From NCBI GenBank assembly GCA_964016885.1, contig OZ024743.1, positions 178,932,001 through 178,996,000 on the forward strand: a DNA stretch of 64,000 nucleotides, in the 5' to 3' direction. This document shows positions 40,459 through 53,000 of the stretch, piece after piece (the first letter of the stretch is position 1; every line of letters starts with the position of its first letter). The notes below the pieces were generated by a model that searched no databases, was not told the DNA's origin, and saw only the letters and a list, made by a program, of their open reading frames with translations. The stretch comes from Eledone cirrhosa (Eukaryota). Position numbers and translations under genes: made by a program.

Positions 40459-43400
40459 TCAGTAGTGGGTTGTTGGTGTTGTCTGTGGTGTGGTTGTTGG
40501 TGTTGTCTGTAGTGTGGTTGTTGGTGTTTTCAGTAGTGTGGTTGTTGGTGTTGTCAGTAGTGTGGTTGTTGGTGTTGTCAGTAGTGTGGTTGTTGGTGTT
40601 GTCAGTGGTGTTGTTGTTGGTGTTGTCAGTAGTGTGGTTGTTGGTGTTGTCAGTAGTGTGGTTGTTGGTGTTGACAGTGGTGTGGTTGTTGGTGTTGTCA
40701 GTGGTGTGGCTGTTGGTGTTGTCAGTGGTGTGGTTGTTGGTGTTGTCAGTAGTGTGGTTGTTGGTGTTGTCAGTGGTGTGGCTGTTGGTGTTGTCAGTAG
40801 TGTGGTTGTTGGTGTTGTCAGTGGTGTGGTTGTTGGTGTTGTCTGTGGTGTGGTTGTTGGTGTTATCTGTGGTGTGGTTGTTGGTGTTGTCAGTGGTGTG
40901 GTTGTTGGTGTTGTCTGTGGTGTGGTTGTTGGTGTTGTCAGTGGTGTGGTTGTTGGTGTTGTCAGTGGTGTGGTTGTTGGTGTTGTCAGTGGTGTGGTTG
41001 TTGGTGTTGTCTGTGGTGTGGTTGTTGGTGTTGTCAGTGGTGTGGTTGTTGGTGTTGTCAGTGGTGTGGTTGTTGGTGTTGACAGTGGTGTGGTTGTTGG
41101 TGTTGTCTGTGGTGTGGTTGTTGGTGTTGTCAGTGGTGGGGTTGTTGGTGTTGTCAGTGGTGTGGTTGTTGGTGTTGACAGTGGTGTGGTTGTTGGTGTT
41201 GTCTGTGGTGTGGTTGTTGGTGTTGTCAGTGGTGTGGTTGTTGGTGTTGTCAGTGGTGTGGTTGTTGGTGTTGTCTGTGGTGTGGTTGTTGGTGTTGTCA
41301 GTGGTGTGGTTGTTGGTGTTGTCAGTGGTGTGGTTGTTGGTGTTGACAGTGGTGTGGTTGTTGGTGTTGTCTGTGGTGTGGTTGTTGGTGTTGTCAGTGG
41401 TGTGGTTGTTGGTGTTGTCAGTGGTGTGGTTGTTGGTGTTGTCTGTGGTGTGGTTGTTGGTGTTGTCAGTGGTGTGGTTGTTGGTGTTGTCAGTGGTGTG
41501 GTTGTTGGTGTTGACAGTGGTGTGGTTGTTGGTGTTGTCTGTGGTGTGGTTGTTGGTGTTGTCAGTGGTGTGGTTGTTGGTGTTGTCAGTGGTGTGGTTG
41601 TTGGTGTTGACAGTGGTGTGGTTGTTGGTGTTGTCTGTGGTGTGGTTGTTGGTGTTGTCAGTGGTGTGGTTGTTGGTGTTGTCAGTGGTGTGGTTGTTGG
41701 TGTTGTCTGTGGTGTGGTTGTTGGTGTTGTCAGTGGTGTGGTTGTTGGTGTTGTCAGTGGTGTGGTTGTTGGTGTTGACAGTGGTGTGGTTGTTGGTGTT
41801 GTCTGTGGTGTGGTTGTTGGTGTTGTCAGTGGTGTGGTTGTTGGTGTAGTCAGTGGTGTGGTTGTTGGTGTTGACAGTGGTGTGGTTGTTGGTGTTGTCT
41901 GTGGTGTGGTTGTTGGTGTTGTCAGTGGTGTGGTTGTTGGTGTTGTCAGTGGTGTGGTTGTTGGTGTTGTCAGTGGTGTGGTTGTTGGTGTTGTCAGTGG
42001 TGTGGTTGTTGGTGTTGTCAGTGGTGTGGTTGTTGGTGTTGTCAGTGGTGTGGTTGTTGGTGTTGACAGTGGTGTGGTTGTTGGTGTTGTCTGTGGTGTG
42101 GTTGTTGGTGTTGTCTGTGGTGTGGTTGTTGGTGTTGTCAGTGGTGTGGTTGTTGGTGTTGTCTGTGGTGTGGTTGTTGGTGTTGTCAGTGGTGTGGTTG
42201 TTGATGTTGTCAGTGGTGTGGTTGTTGGTGTTGACAGTGGTGTGGTTGTTGGTGTTGTCTGTGGTGTGGTTGTTGGTGTTGTCAGTAGAGTGGTTGTTGG
42301 TGTTGTCAGTAGTGTGGTTGTTGGTGTTGTCAGTAGTGTGGTTGTTGGTGTTGTCAGTGGTGTTGTTGTTGGTGTTGTCAGTGGTGTGGTTGTTGGATTT
42401 GTCAGTGGTGTGGTTGTTGGTGTTGGCAGTGGTGTTGTTGTTGGTGTTGTCAGTAGTGTGGTTGTTGGTGATGTCAGTCGTGTGGTTGTTGGTGTTGTCA
42501 GTAGTGTGGTTGTTGGTGTTGTCAGTGGTGTGGTTGTTGGATTTGTCAGTGGTGTGGTTGTTGGTGTTGGCAGTGGTGTTGTTGTTGGTGTTGTCAGTAG
42601 TGTGGTTGTTGGTGATGTCAGTCGTGTGGTTGTTGGTGTTGTCAGTGGTGTGGTTGTTGGTGTTGTCTGTGGTGTGGTTGTTGGTGTTGTCAGTAGTGTG
42701 GTTGTTGGTGTTGTCAGTGGTGTGGTTGTTGGTGTTGTCAGTGGTGTGGTTGTTGGTGTTGTCAGTAGTGTGGTTGTTGGTGTTTTCAGTAGTGTGGTTG
42801 TTGGTGTTGTCAGTGGTGTGGTTGTTGGTGTTGTCAGTGGTGTGGTTGTTGGATTTGTCAGTGGTGTGGTTGTTGGTGTTGGCAGTGGTTTTGTTGTTGG
42901 TGTTGTCAGTGGTGTGGTTGTTGGATTTGTCAGTGGTGTGGTTGTTGGTGTTGGCAGTGGTTTTGTTGTTGGTGTTGTCAGTGGTGTGGTTGTTGGTGTT
43001 GTCAGTAGTGTGGTTGTTGGTGTTGGCAGTGGTGTGGTTGTTGGATTTGTCAGTGGTGTGTTTGTTGGTGTTGTCAGTGGTGTGGTTGTTGGTGTTGTCT
43101 GTGGTGTGGTTGTTGCTGTTGTCAGTGGTGTGGTTGTTGGTGTTGTCAGTAGTGTGGTTGTTGGTGTTGTCAGTGGTGTGGTTGTTGGTGTTGTCTGTGG
43201 TGTGGTTGTTGCTGTTGTCAGTGGTGTGGTTGTTGATGTTGTCAGTGGTGTGGTTGTTGGTGTTGTCAGTGGTGTGGTTGTTGGATTTGTCAGTGGTGTG
43301 GTTGTTGGTGTTGTCTGTGGTGTGGTTGTTGCTGTTGTCAGTGGTGTGGTTGTTGATGTTGTCAGTGGTGTGGTTGTTGGTGTTGTCAGTGGTGTGGTTG

Positions 43401-46400
43401 TTGGATTTGTCAGTGGTGTGGTTGTTGGTGTTGTCAGTAGTGTGGTTGTTGGTGTTGGCAGTGGTGTGGTTGTTGGATTTGTCAGTAGTGTGGTTGTTGG
43501 TGTTGTCAGTGGTGTCGTTTTTGGTGTTGTCAGTGGTGTGGTTGTTGGTGTTGTCAGTAGTGTGGTTGTTGGTGTTGTCAGTAGTGTGGTTGTTGGTGTT
43601 GTCTGTGGTGTGGTTGTTGGTGTTGTCAGTAGTGTGGTTGTTGGTGTTGTCAGTAGTGTGGTTGTTGGTGTTGTCAGTGGTGTGGTTGTTGGTGTTGTCA
43701 GTAGTGTGGTTGTTGGTGTTGGCAGTGGTGTGGTTGTTGGATTTGTCAGTGGTGTGGTTGTTGGTGTTGTCAGTGGTGTGGTTGTTGGTGTTGTCAGTGG
43801 TGTGGTTGTTGGTGTTGTCAGTGGTGTGGTTGTTGGTGTTGTCAGTAGTGTGGTTGTTGGTGTTGTCAGTGGTGTGGTTGTTGGTGTTGTCAGTGGTGTG
43901 GTTGTTGGTGTTGTCAGTGGTGTGGTTGTTGGTGTTGTCAGTGGTGTGGTTGTTGGTGTTGTCAGTGGTGTGGTTGTTGGTGTTGTCTGTGGTGTGGTTG
44001 TTGGTGTTGTCAGTGGTGTGGTTGTTGGTGTTGTCAATGGTGTGGTTGTTGGTGTTGTCAGTAGTGTGGTTGTTGGTGTTGTCAGTGGTGTGGCTGTTGG
44101 TGTTGTCAGTGGTGTGGTTGTTGGTGTTGTCAGTAGTGTGGTTGTTGGTGTTGTCAGTGGTGTGGCTGTTGGTGTTGTCAGTGGTGTGGTTGTTGGTGTT
44201 GTCAGTGGTGTGGTTGTTGGTGTTGTCAGTAGTGTGGTTGTTGGTGTTGTCAGTGGTGTGGTTGTTGGTGTTGTCAGTGGTGTGGTTGTTGGTGTTGTCA
44301 GTGGTGTGGCTGTTGGTGTTGTCAGTGGTGTGGTTGTTGGTGTTGTCAGTGGTGTGGTTGTTGGTGTTGTCAGTAGTGTGGTTGTTGGTGTTGTCAGTGG
44401 TGTGGTTGTTGGTGTTGTCAGTGGTGTGGTTGTTGGTGTTGTCAGTGGTGTGGCTGTTGGTGTTGTCAGTGGTGTGGTTGTTGGTGTTGTCAGTGGTGTG
44501 GTTGTTGGTGTTGTCAGTAGTGTGGTTGTTGGTGTTGTCAGTGGTGTGGTTGTTGGTGTTGTCAGTGGTGTGGCTGTTGGTGTTGTCAGTGGTGTGGTTG
44601 TTGGTGTTGTCAGTGGTGTGGTTGTTGGTGTTGTCAGTAGTGTGGTTGTTGGTATTGTCAGTGGTGTGGTTGTTGGTGTTGTCAGTGGTGTGGTTGTTGG
44701 TGTTGTCAGTGGTGTGGCTGTTGGTGTTGTCAGTGGTGTGGTTGTTGGTGTTGTCAGTGGTGTGGCTGTTGGTGTTGTCAGTGGTGTGGTTGTTGGTGTT
44801 GTCAGTGGTGTGGCTGTTGGTGTTGTCAGTAGTGTGGTTGTTGGTGTTGTCAGTGGTGTGGATGTTGGTGTTGTCACTGGTGTGGTTGTTGGTGTTGTCA
44901 GTGGTGGGGTTGTTGGTGTTGTCAGTGGTGGGGTTGTTGGTGTTGTCAGTGGTGTGGTTGTTGGTGTTGTCAGTGGTGTGGATGTTGGTGTTGTCAGTGG
45001 TGTTGTTGTTGGTGTTGTCAGTGGTGTGGCTGTTGGTGTTGTCAGTAGTGTGGTTGTTGGTGTTGTCAGTGGTGTGGCTGTTGGTGTTGTCAGTAGTGTG
45101 GATGTTGGTGTTGGCAGTGGTGTGGATGTTGGTGTTGGCAGTGGTGTGGTTGTTGGTGTTGTCAGTAGTGTGGTTGTTGGTGTTGTCAGTGGTGTTGTTG
45201 TTTGTGTTGTCTGTGGTGTGGTTGTTGGTGTTGTCAGTGGTGTGGTTGTTGGTGTTGTCAGTGGTGTGGTTGTTGGTGTTGTCAGTGGTGTGGATGTTGG
45301 TGTTGTCTGTGGTGTGGTTGTTGGTGTTGTCAGTGGTGTGGTTGTTGGTGTTGTCAGTGGTGTGGTTGTTGGTGTTGTCTGTGGTGTGGTTGTTGGTGTT
45401 GTCAGTGGTGTGGTTGTTGGTGTTGTCAGTGGTGTGGTTGTTGGTGTTGTCTGTGGTGTGGTTGTTGGTGTTGTCAGTGGTGTGGTTGTTGGTGTTGTCA
45501 GTGGTGTGGTTGTTGGTGTTGTCTGTGGTGTGGTTGTTGGTGTTGTCAGTGGTGTGGTTGTTGGTGTTGTCAGTGGTGTGGTTGTTTGTGTTGTCAGTGG
45601 TGTGGTTGTTGGTGTTGTCTGTGGTGTGGTTGTTGGTGTTGTCTGTGGTGTGGTTGTTGGTGTTGTCAGTGGTGTGGTTGTTGGTGTTGTCAGTGGTGTG
45701 GCTGTTGGTGTTGTCAGTGGTGTGGTTGTTGGTGTTGTCAGTGGTGTGGTTGTTTGTGTTGTCAGTAGTGTGGATGTTGGTGTTGTCAGTGGTGTTGTTG
45801 TTGGTGTTGTCAGTGGTGTGGTTGTTGGTGTTGTCAGTGGTGTGCATGTTGGTGTTGTCAGTGGTGTTGTTGTTGGTGTTGTCAGTGGTGTGGCTGTTGG
45901 TGTTGTCAGTAGTGTGGTTGTTGGTGTTGTCAGTGGTGTGGCTGTTGGTGTTGTCTGTGGTGTGGTTGTTGGTGTTGTCAGTGGTGTGGTTGTTGGTGTT
46001 GTCAGTGGTGTGGTTGTTGGTGTTGTCAGTGGTGTGGTTGTTGGTGTTGTCAGTGGTGTGGATGTTGGTGTTGTCTGTGGTGTGGTTGTTGGTGTTGTCA
46101 GTGGTGTGGTTGTTGGTGTTGTCAGTGGTGTGGTTGTTGGTGTTGTCAGTGGTGTGGTTGTTGGTGTTGTCAGTGGTGTGGATGTTGGTGTTGTCTGTGG
46201 TGTGGTTGTTGGTGTTGTCAGTGGTGTGGCTGTTGGTGTTGTCAGTAGTGTGGATGTTGGTGTTGGCAGTGGTGTTGTTGTTGGTGTTGTCAGTGGTGTG
46301 GATGTTGGTGTTGTCTGTGGTGTGGTTGTTGGTGTTGTCAGTGGTGTGGCTGTTGGTGTTGTCAGTGGTGTGGATGTTGGTGTTGTCAGTGGTGTTGTTG

Positions 46401-49400
46401 TTGGTGTTGTCAGTGGTGTGGTTGTTGGTGTTGTCAGTGGTGTGGTTGTTGGTGTTGTCAGTAGTGTGGTTGTTGGTGTTGTCAGTGGTGTGGATGTTGG
46501 TGTTGTCTGTGGTGTGGTTGTTGGTGTTGTCAGTGGTGTGGCTGTTGGTGTTGTCAGTAGTGTGGATGTTGGTGTTGGCAGTGGTGTTGTTGTTGGTGTT
46601 GTCAGTGGTGTGGATGTTGGTGTTGTCAGTGGTGTGGTTGTTGGTGTTGTCTGTGGTGTGGATGTTGGTGTTGTCAGTGGTGTTGTTGTTGGTGTTGTCA
46701 GTAGTGTGGTTGTTGGTGTTGTCAGTGGTGTGGTTGTTGGTGTTGTCAGTAGTGTGGTTGTTGGTGTTGTCAGTAGTGTGGATGTTGGTGTTGTCAGTGG
46801 TGTTGTTGTTGGTGTTGTCAGTGGTGTGGCTGTTGGTGTTGTCAGTGGTGTTGTTGTTGGTGTTGTCAGTGGTGTGGCTGTTGGTGTTGTCAGTGGTGTG
46901 GTTGTTGGTGTTGTCAGTAGTGTGGTTGTTGGTGTTGTCAGTGGTATGGCTGTTGGTGTTGTCAGTAGTGTGGTTGTTGGTGTTGTCAGTGGTGTGGTTG
47001 TTGGTGTTGTCTGTGGTGTGGATGTTGGTGTTGTCAGTGGTGTTGTTGTTGGTGTTGTCAGTGGTGTGGCTGTTGGTGTTGTCAGTAGTGTGGATGTTGG
47101 CGTTGTCAGTGGTGTTGTTGTTGGTGTTGTCAGTGGTGTGGCTGTTGGTGTTGTCAGTGGTGTTGTTGTTGGTGTTGTCAGTGGTGTGGCTGTTGGTGTT
47201 GTCAGTGGTGTGGTTGTTGGTGTTGTCAGTAGTGTGGATGTTGGTGTTGTCAGTGGTGTTGTTGTTGGTGTTGTCAGTGGTGTGGCTGTTGGTGTTGTCA
47301 GTGGTGTTGTTGTTGGTGTTGTCAGTGGTGTGGCTGTTGGTGTTGTCAGTGGTGTGGTTGTTGGTGTTGTCAGTAGTGTGGTTGTTGGTGTTGTCAGTGG
47401 TGTGGTTGTTGGTGTTGTCTGTGGTGTGGATGTTGGTGTTGTCAGTGGTGTTGTTGTTGGTGTTGTCAGTGGTGTGGCTGTTGGTGTTGTCAGTGGTGTT
47501 GTTGTTGGTGTTGTCAGTGGTGTGGCTGTTGGTGTTGTCAGTGGTGTGGTTGTTGGTGTTGTCAGTAGTGTGGTTGTTGGTGTTGTCAGTGGTGTGGTTG
47601 TTGGTGTTGTCAGTGGTGTGGATGTTGGTGTTGTCAGTGGTGTGGCTGTTGGTGTTGTCAGTGGTGTTGTTGTTGGTGTTGTCAGTTGTGTGGCTGTTGG
47701 TGTTGTCAGTGGTGTGGTTGTTGGTGTTGTCAGTAGTGTGGTTGTTGGTGTTGTCAGTGGTGTGGTTGTTGGTGTTGTCAGTGGTGTGGTTGTTGGTGTT
47801 GTCAGTGGTGTGGATGTTGGTGTTGTCAGTGGTGTGGTTGTTGGTGTTGTCTGTGGTGTGGTTGTTGGTGTTGTCAGTGGTGTTGTTGTTGGTGTTGTCA
47901 GTGGTGTGGTTGTTGGTGTTGTCAGTGGTGTGGTTGTTGGTGTTGTCAGTGGTGTGGTTGTTGGTGTTGTCAGTGGTGTGGTTGTTGGTGTTGTCAGTAG
48001 TGTGGTTGTTGGTGTTGTCAGTGGTGTGGTTGTTGGTGTTGTCAGTGGTGTGGTTGTTGGTGTTGTCAGTGGTGTGGTTGTTGGTGTTGTCAGTAGTGTG
48101 GTTGTTGGTGTTGTCAGTGGTGTGGTTGTTGGTGTTGGCAGTGGTGTTGTTGTTGGTGTTGTCAGTTGTGTGGCTGTTGGTGTTGTCAGTGGTGTGGTTG
48201 TTGGTGTTGTCAGTAGTGTGGTTGTTGGTGTTGTCAGTGGTGTGGTTGTTGGTGTTGTCAGTGGTGTGGTTGTTGGTGTTGTCAGTGGTGTGGATGTTGG
48301 TGTTGTCAGTGGTGTGGTTGTTGGTGTTGTCTGTGGTGTGGTTGTTGGTGTTGTCAGTGGTGTTGTTGTTGGTGTTGTCAGTGGTGTGGTTGTTGGTGTT
48401 GTCAGTGGTGTGGTTGTTGGTGTTGTCAGTGGTGTGGTTGTTGGTGTTGTCAGTGGTGTGGTTGTTGGTGTTGTCAGTAGTGTGGTTGTTGGTGTTGTCA
48501 GTGGTGTGGTTGTTGGTGTTGTCAGTGGTGTGGTTGTTGGTGTTGTCAGTGGTGTGGTTGTTGGTGTTGTCAGTAGTGTGGTTGTTGGTGTTGTCAGTGG
48601 TGTGGTTGTTGGTGTTGGCAGTGGTGTTGTTGTTGGTGTTGGCAGTGGTGTTGTTGTTGGTGTTGACAGTGGTGAGGTTGTTGGATTTGTCAGTGGTGTG
48701 GTTGTTGGTGTTGTCAGTGGTGTTGTTGTTGGTGTTGTCAGTGGTGTGGTTGTTGGTGTTGTCAGTGGTGTGGTTGTTGGTGTTGTCAGTAGTGTGGTTG
48801 TTGGTGTTGTCAGTGGTGTGGTTGTTGCTGTTGTCAGTGGTGGGGTTGTTGGTGTTGTCAGTGGTGTGGCTGTTGGTGTTGTCAGTGGTGTGGTTGTTGG
48901 ATTTGTCAGTGGTGTGGTTGTTGGTGTTGTCAGTGGTGTGGTTGTTGGTGTTGTCAGTGGTGTGGTTGTTGGTGTTGACAGTGGTGTGGTTGTTGGTGTT
49001 GTCTGTGGTGTGGTTGTTGGTGTTGTCAGTGGTGTGGTTGTTGGTGGTGTCTGTGGTGTGGTTGTTGGTGTTGTCAGTACTGTGGTTGTTGGTGTTGTCA
49101 GTAGTGTGGTTGTTGGTGTTGTCAGTAGTGTGGTTGTTGGATTTGTCAGTGGTGTGGTTGTTGGTGGTGTCTGTGGTGTGGTTGTTGGTGTTGTCAGTAC
49201 TGTGGTTGTTGGTGTTGTCAGTACTGTGGTTGTTGGTGTTGTCAGTAGTGTGGTTGTTGGTGTTGTCAGTGGTGTGGTTGTTGGTGTTGTCTGTGGTGTG
49301 GTTGTTGGTGTTGTCAGTGGTGTGGTTGTTGGTGTTGTCTGTGGTGTGGTTGTTGGTGTTGTCAGTGGTGTGGTTGTTGGATTTGTCAGTGGTGTGGTTG

Positions 49401-49834
49401 TTGGTGTTGTCTGTGGTGTGGTTGTTGGTGTTGTCAGTGGTGTGGTTGTTGGTGTTGTCAGTAGTGTGGTTGTTGGTGTTGACAGTGGTGTGGCTGTTGG
49501 TGTTGTCTGTGGTGTGGTTGTTGGTGTTGTCAGTAGTGTGGTTGTTGGTGTTGTCAGTGGTGTGGTTGTTGGTGTTGTCAGTGGTGTGGCTGTTGGTGTT
49601 GTCTGTGGTGTGGTTGTTGGTGTTGTCAGTAGTGTGGTTGTTGGTGTTGTCAGTGGTGTGGTTGTTGGTGTTGTCAGTGGTGTGGTTGTTGGTGTTGTCA
49701 GTGGTGTGGTTGTTGGTGTTGGCAGTGGTGTGGTTGTTGGTGTTGTCAGTAGTGTGGTTGTTGGTGTTGTCTGTGGTGTGGTTGTTGGTGTTGTCAGTAG
49801 TGTGGTTGTTGGTGTTGTCAGTGGTGTGGATGTT
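40459..49834 (-). CDS. Longest uninterrupted Thr/Pro-rich mucin-like reading frame (~3,100 codons of TTPTTTPL variants)
   Basis: No indel between the 1-bp deletions at ~40467 and ~49835, mirrored by the + strand ORF 40490..49912. It ends ...TTPTTHY* just after the frameshift. There is no authentic start, and openness is expected from composition. Confidence 0.3.
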
Positions 49835-50089
49835 GTGTTGTCAGTGGTGTGGTTGTTGGTGTTGTCAGTGGTGTGGTTGTTGGTGGTGTCTGTCGTGTGG
49901 TTGTTGGTGTAGTCAGTACTGTGGTTGTTGGTGTTGTCAGTAGTGTGGTTGTTGGTGTTGTCAGTAGTGTGGTTGTTGGTGTTGTCAGTGGTGTGGTTGT
50001 TGGTGTTGTCAGTGGTGTGGTTGTTGGTGGTGTCTGTGGTGTGGTTGTTGGTGTTGTCAATACTGTGGATGTTGGTGTTGTCAGTACTG

Positions 50090-53000
50090 TGGTTGTTGGT
50101 GTTGTCAGTAGTGTGGTTGTTGGTGTTGTCTGTGGTGTGGTTGTTGGTGTTGTCAGTGGTGTGGTTGTTGGTGTTGTCAGTAGTGTGGTTGTTGGTGTTG
50201 TCTGTGGTGTGGTTGTTGGTGTTGTCAGTAGTGTGGATGTTGGTGTTGTCAGTGGTGTGGATGTTGGTGTTGTCAGTGGTGTGGTTGTTGGTGTTGTCAG
50301 TGGTGTGGTTGTTGGATTTGTCAGTGGTGTGGTTGTTGGTGTTGTCAGTGGTGTGGTTGTTGGATTTGTCAGTGGTGTGGTTGTTGGTGTTGGCAGTGGT
50401 GTTGTTGTTGGTGTTGTCAGTAGTGTGGTTGTTGGTGTTGTCAGTCGTGTGGTTGTTGGTGTTGTCAGTGGTGTGGTTGTTGGTGTTGTCAGTAGTGTGG
50501 TTGTTGGTGTTGACAGTGGTGTGGTTGTTGGTGTTGTCAGTGGTGTGGTTGTTGGTGTTGTCAGTGGTGTGGTTGTTGGTGTTGTCAGTGGTGTGGCTGT
50601 TGGTGTTGTCAGTAGTGTGGTTGTCGGTGTTGCCTGTGGTGTGGTTGTTGGTGTTGTCTGTGGTGTGGTTGTTGGTGTTGTCAGTAGTGTGGTTGTTGGT
50701 GTTGTCAGTAGTGTGCTTGTTGGTGTTGTCAGTGGTGTGGTTGTTGGATTTGTCATTGGTGTGGTTGTTGGTGTTGTCTGTGGTGTGGTTGTTGGTGTTG
50801 GCAGTAGTGTGGTTGTTGGTGTTGTCAGTGGTGTGGTTGTTGGTGTTGTCAGTGGTGTGGTTGTTGGTGTTGTCAGTGGTGTGGTTGTTGGTGTTGGCAG
50901 TGGTTTTGTTGTTGGTGTTGTCAGTGGTGTGGTTGTTGGATTTGTCAGTGGTGTGGTTGTTGGTGTTGTCAGTGGTGTGGTTGTTGGTGTTGGCAGTGGT
51001 TTTGTTGTTGGTGTTGTCAGTAGTGTGGTTGTTGGTGTTGTCAGTGGTGTGGTTGTTGGTGTTGTCAGTAGTGTGGTTGTTGGTGTTGTCAGTAGTGTGG
51101 TTGTTGGTGTTGTCAGTAGTGTGGTTGTTGGTGTTGTCAGTGGTGTGGTTGTTGGATTTGTCAGTGGTGTGGTTGTTGGTGTTGTCAGTGGTGTGGTTGT
51201 TGGTGTTGGCAGTGGTTTTGTTGTTGGTGTTGTCAGTAGTGTGGTTGTTGGTGTTGTCAGTGGTGTGGTTGTTGGATTTGTCAGTGGTGTGGTTGTTGGT
51301 GTTGTCAGTGGTGTGGTTGTTGGTGTTGTCAGTAGTGTGGTTGTTGATGTTGTCAGTGGTGTGGTTGTTGGATTTGTCAGTGGTGTTGTTGTTGGTGTTG
51401 TCAGTGGTGTGGTTGTTGGTGTTGTCAGTAGTGTGGTTGTTGGTGTTGTCAGTGGTGTGGTTGTTGGTGTTGGCAGTGGTTTTGTTGTTGGTGTTGGCAG
51501 TGGTTTTGTTGTTGGTGTTGTCAGTAGTGTGGTTGTTGGTGTTGTCAGTAGTGTGGTTGTTGGTGTTGTCAGTGGTGTGGTTGTTGGTGTTGTCAGTAGT
51601 GTGGTTGTTGGTATTGTCTGTTTTGTGGTTGTTGGTGTTGTCAGTAGTGTGGTTGTTGGTGTTGTCAGTAGTGTGGTTGTTGGTGTTGTCAGTGGTGTGG
51701 TTGTTGGTGTTGTCAGTAGTGTGGTTGTTGGTATTGTCAGTGGTGTGGTTGTTGGATTTGTCAGTGGTGTGGTTGTTGGTGTTGTCAGTAGTGTGGTTGT
51801 TGGTGTTGTCAGTAGTGTGGTTGTTGGTGTTGTCAGTGGTGTGGTTGTTGGTGTTGTCAGTGGTGTGGTTGTTGGTGTTGTCAGTAGTGTGGTTGTTGGT
51901 GTTGTCAGTAGTGTGGTTGTTGGTGTTGTCAGTGGTGTGATTGTTGGTGTTGTCTGTGGTGTGGTTGTTGGTGTTGTCAGTGGTGTGGTTGTTGGTGTTG
52001 TCAGTAGTGTGGTTGTTGGTGTTGTCAGTAGTGTGGTTGTTGGTGTTGTCAGTAGTGTGGTTGTTGGTGTTGTCAGTGGTGTGGTTGTTGGTGTTGTCAG
52101 TAGTGTGGTTGTTGGTGTTGTCAGTGGTGTGGTTGTTGGTGTTGTCAGTGGTGTGATTGTTGGTGTTGTCTGTGGTGTGGTTGTTGGTGTTGTCAGTAGT
52201 GTGGTTGTTGGTGTTGTCAGTGGTGTGGTTGTTGGTGTTGTCAGTAGTGTGGTTGTTGGTGTTGTCAGTGGTGTGGTTGTTGGTGTTGTCAGTAGTATGG
52301 TTGTTGGTGTTGTCAGTGGTGTGGCTGTTGGTGTTGTCAGTGGTGTGGCTGTTGGTGTTGTCTGTGGTGTGGCTGTTGGTGTTGTCAGTGGTGTGGTTGT
52401 TGGTGTTGTCAGTGGTGTGGTTGTTGGATTTGTCAGTGGTGTGGTTGTTGGTGTTGTCAGTAGTGTGGTTGTTGGTGTTGTCAGTAGTGTGGTTGTTGGT
52501 GTTGTCAGTGGTGTGGTTGTTGGTGTTGTCAGTGGTGTGGTTGTTGATGTTGTCAGTAGTGTGGTTGTTGATGTTGTCAGTAGTGTGGTTGTTGGTGTTG
52601 TCTGTGGTGTGGTTGTTGGTGGTGTCAGTGGTGTGGTTGTTGGTGTTGTCTGTGGTGTGGTTGTTGGTGTTGGCAGTGGTGTTGTTGTTGGTGTTGTCAG
52701 TGGTGTGGTTGTTGGTGTTCTCAGTGGTGTGGTTGTTGGTGTTGTCTGTGGTGTGGTTGTTGGTGTTGTCAGTGGTGTGGTTGTTGGTGTTGTCAGTGGT
52801 GTGGTTGTTGGTGTTGTCTGTGGTGTTGTTGTTGGTGTTGTCAGTGGTGTGGTTGTTGGTGTTGTCAGTGGTGTGGTTGTTGGTGTTGTCAGTGGTGTGG
52901 TTGTTGAAGTTGTCAGTGGTGTGGTTGTTGGTGTTGTCAGTGGTGTGGTTGTTGGTGTTGTCAGTAGTGTGGTTGTTGGTGTTGTCAGTGGTGTGGTTGT

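Larger units (their letters stand above)
23700..43130. repeat. Higher-order repeat of the 24-mer array, ~6.5-7.1 kb period (two full copies ~26871-33430 and ~33431-40466 plus partial flanking copies)
   Basis: Identical track ORFs at 24672/31780/38264 (offsets 7108, 6484). GTAAGT ~25091/32200/38684; GTTATCTG ~27270/33826/40862; CAGTAGAG ~29891/36351/42283. Frameshift scars are shared between copies. Confidence 0.93.

Noticed and set aside
26210-40470. Programmed ribosomal frameshifting at the recurrent deletions
   Set aside because: I see no slippery heptamer or stimulatory structure on the A/C-rich minus strand; recurrence is explained by duplication.
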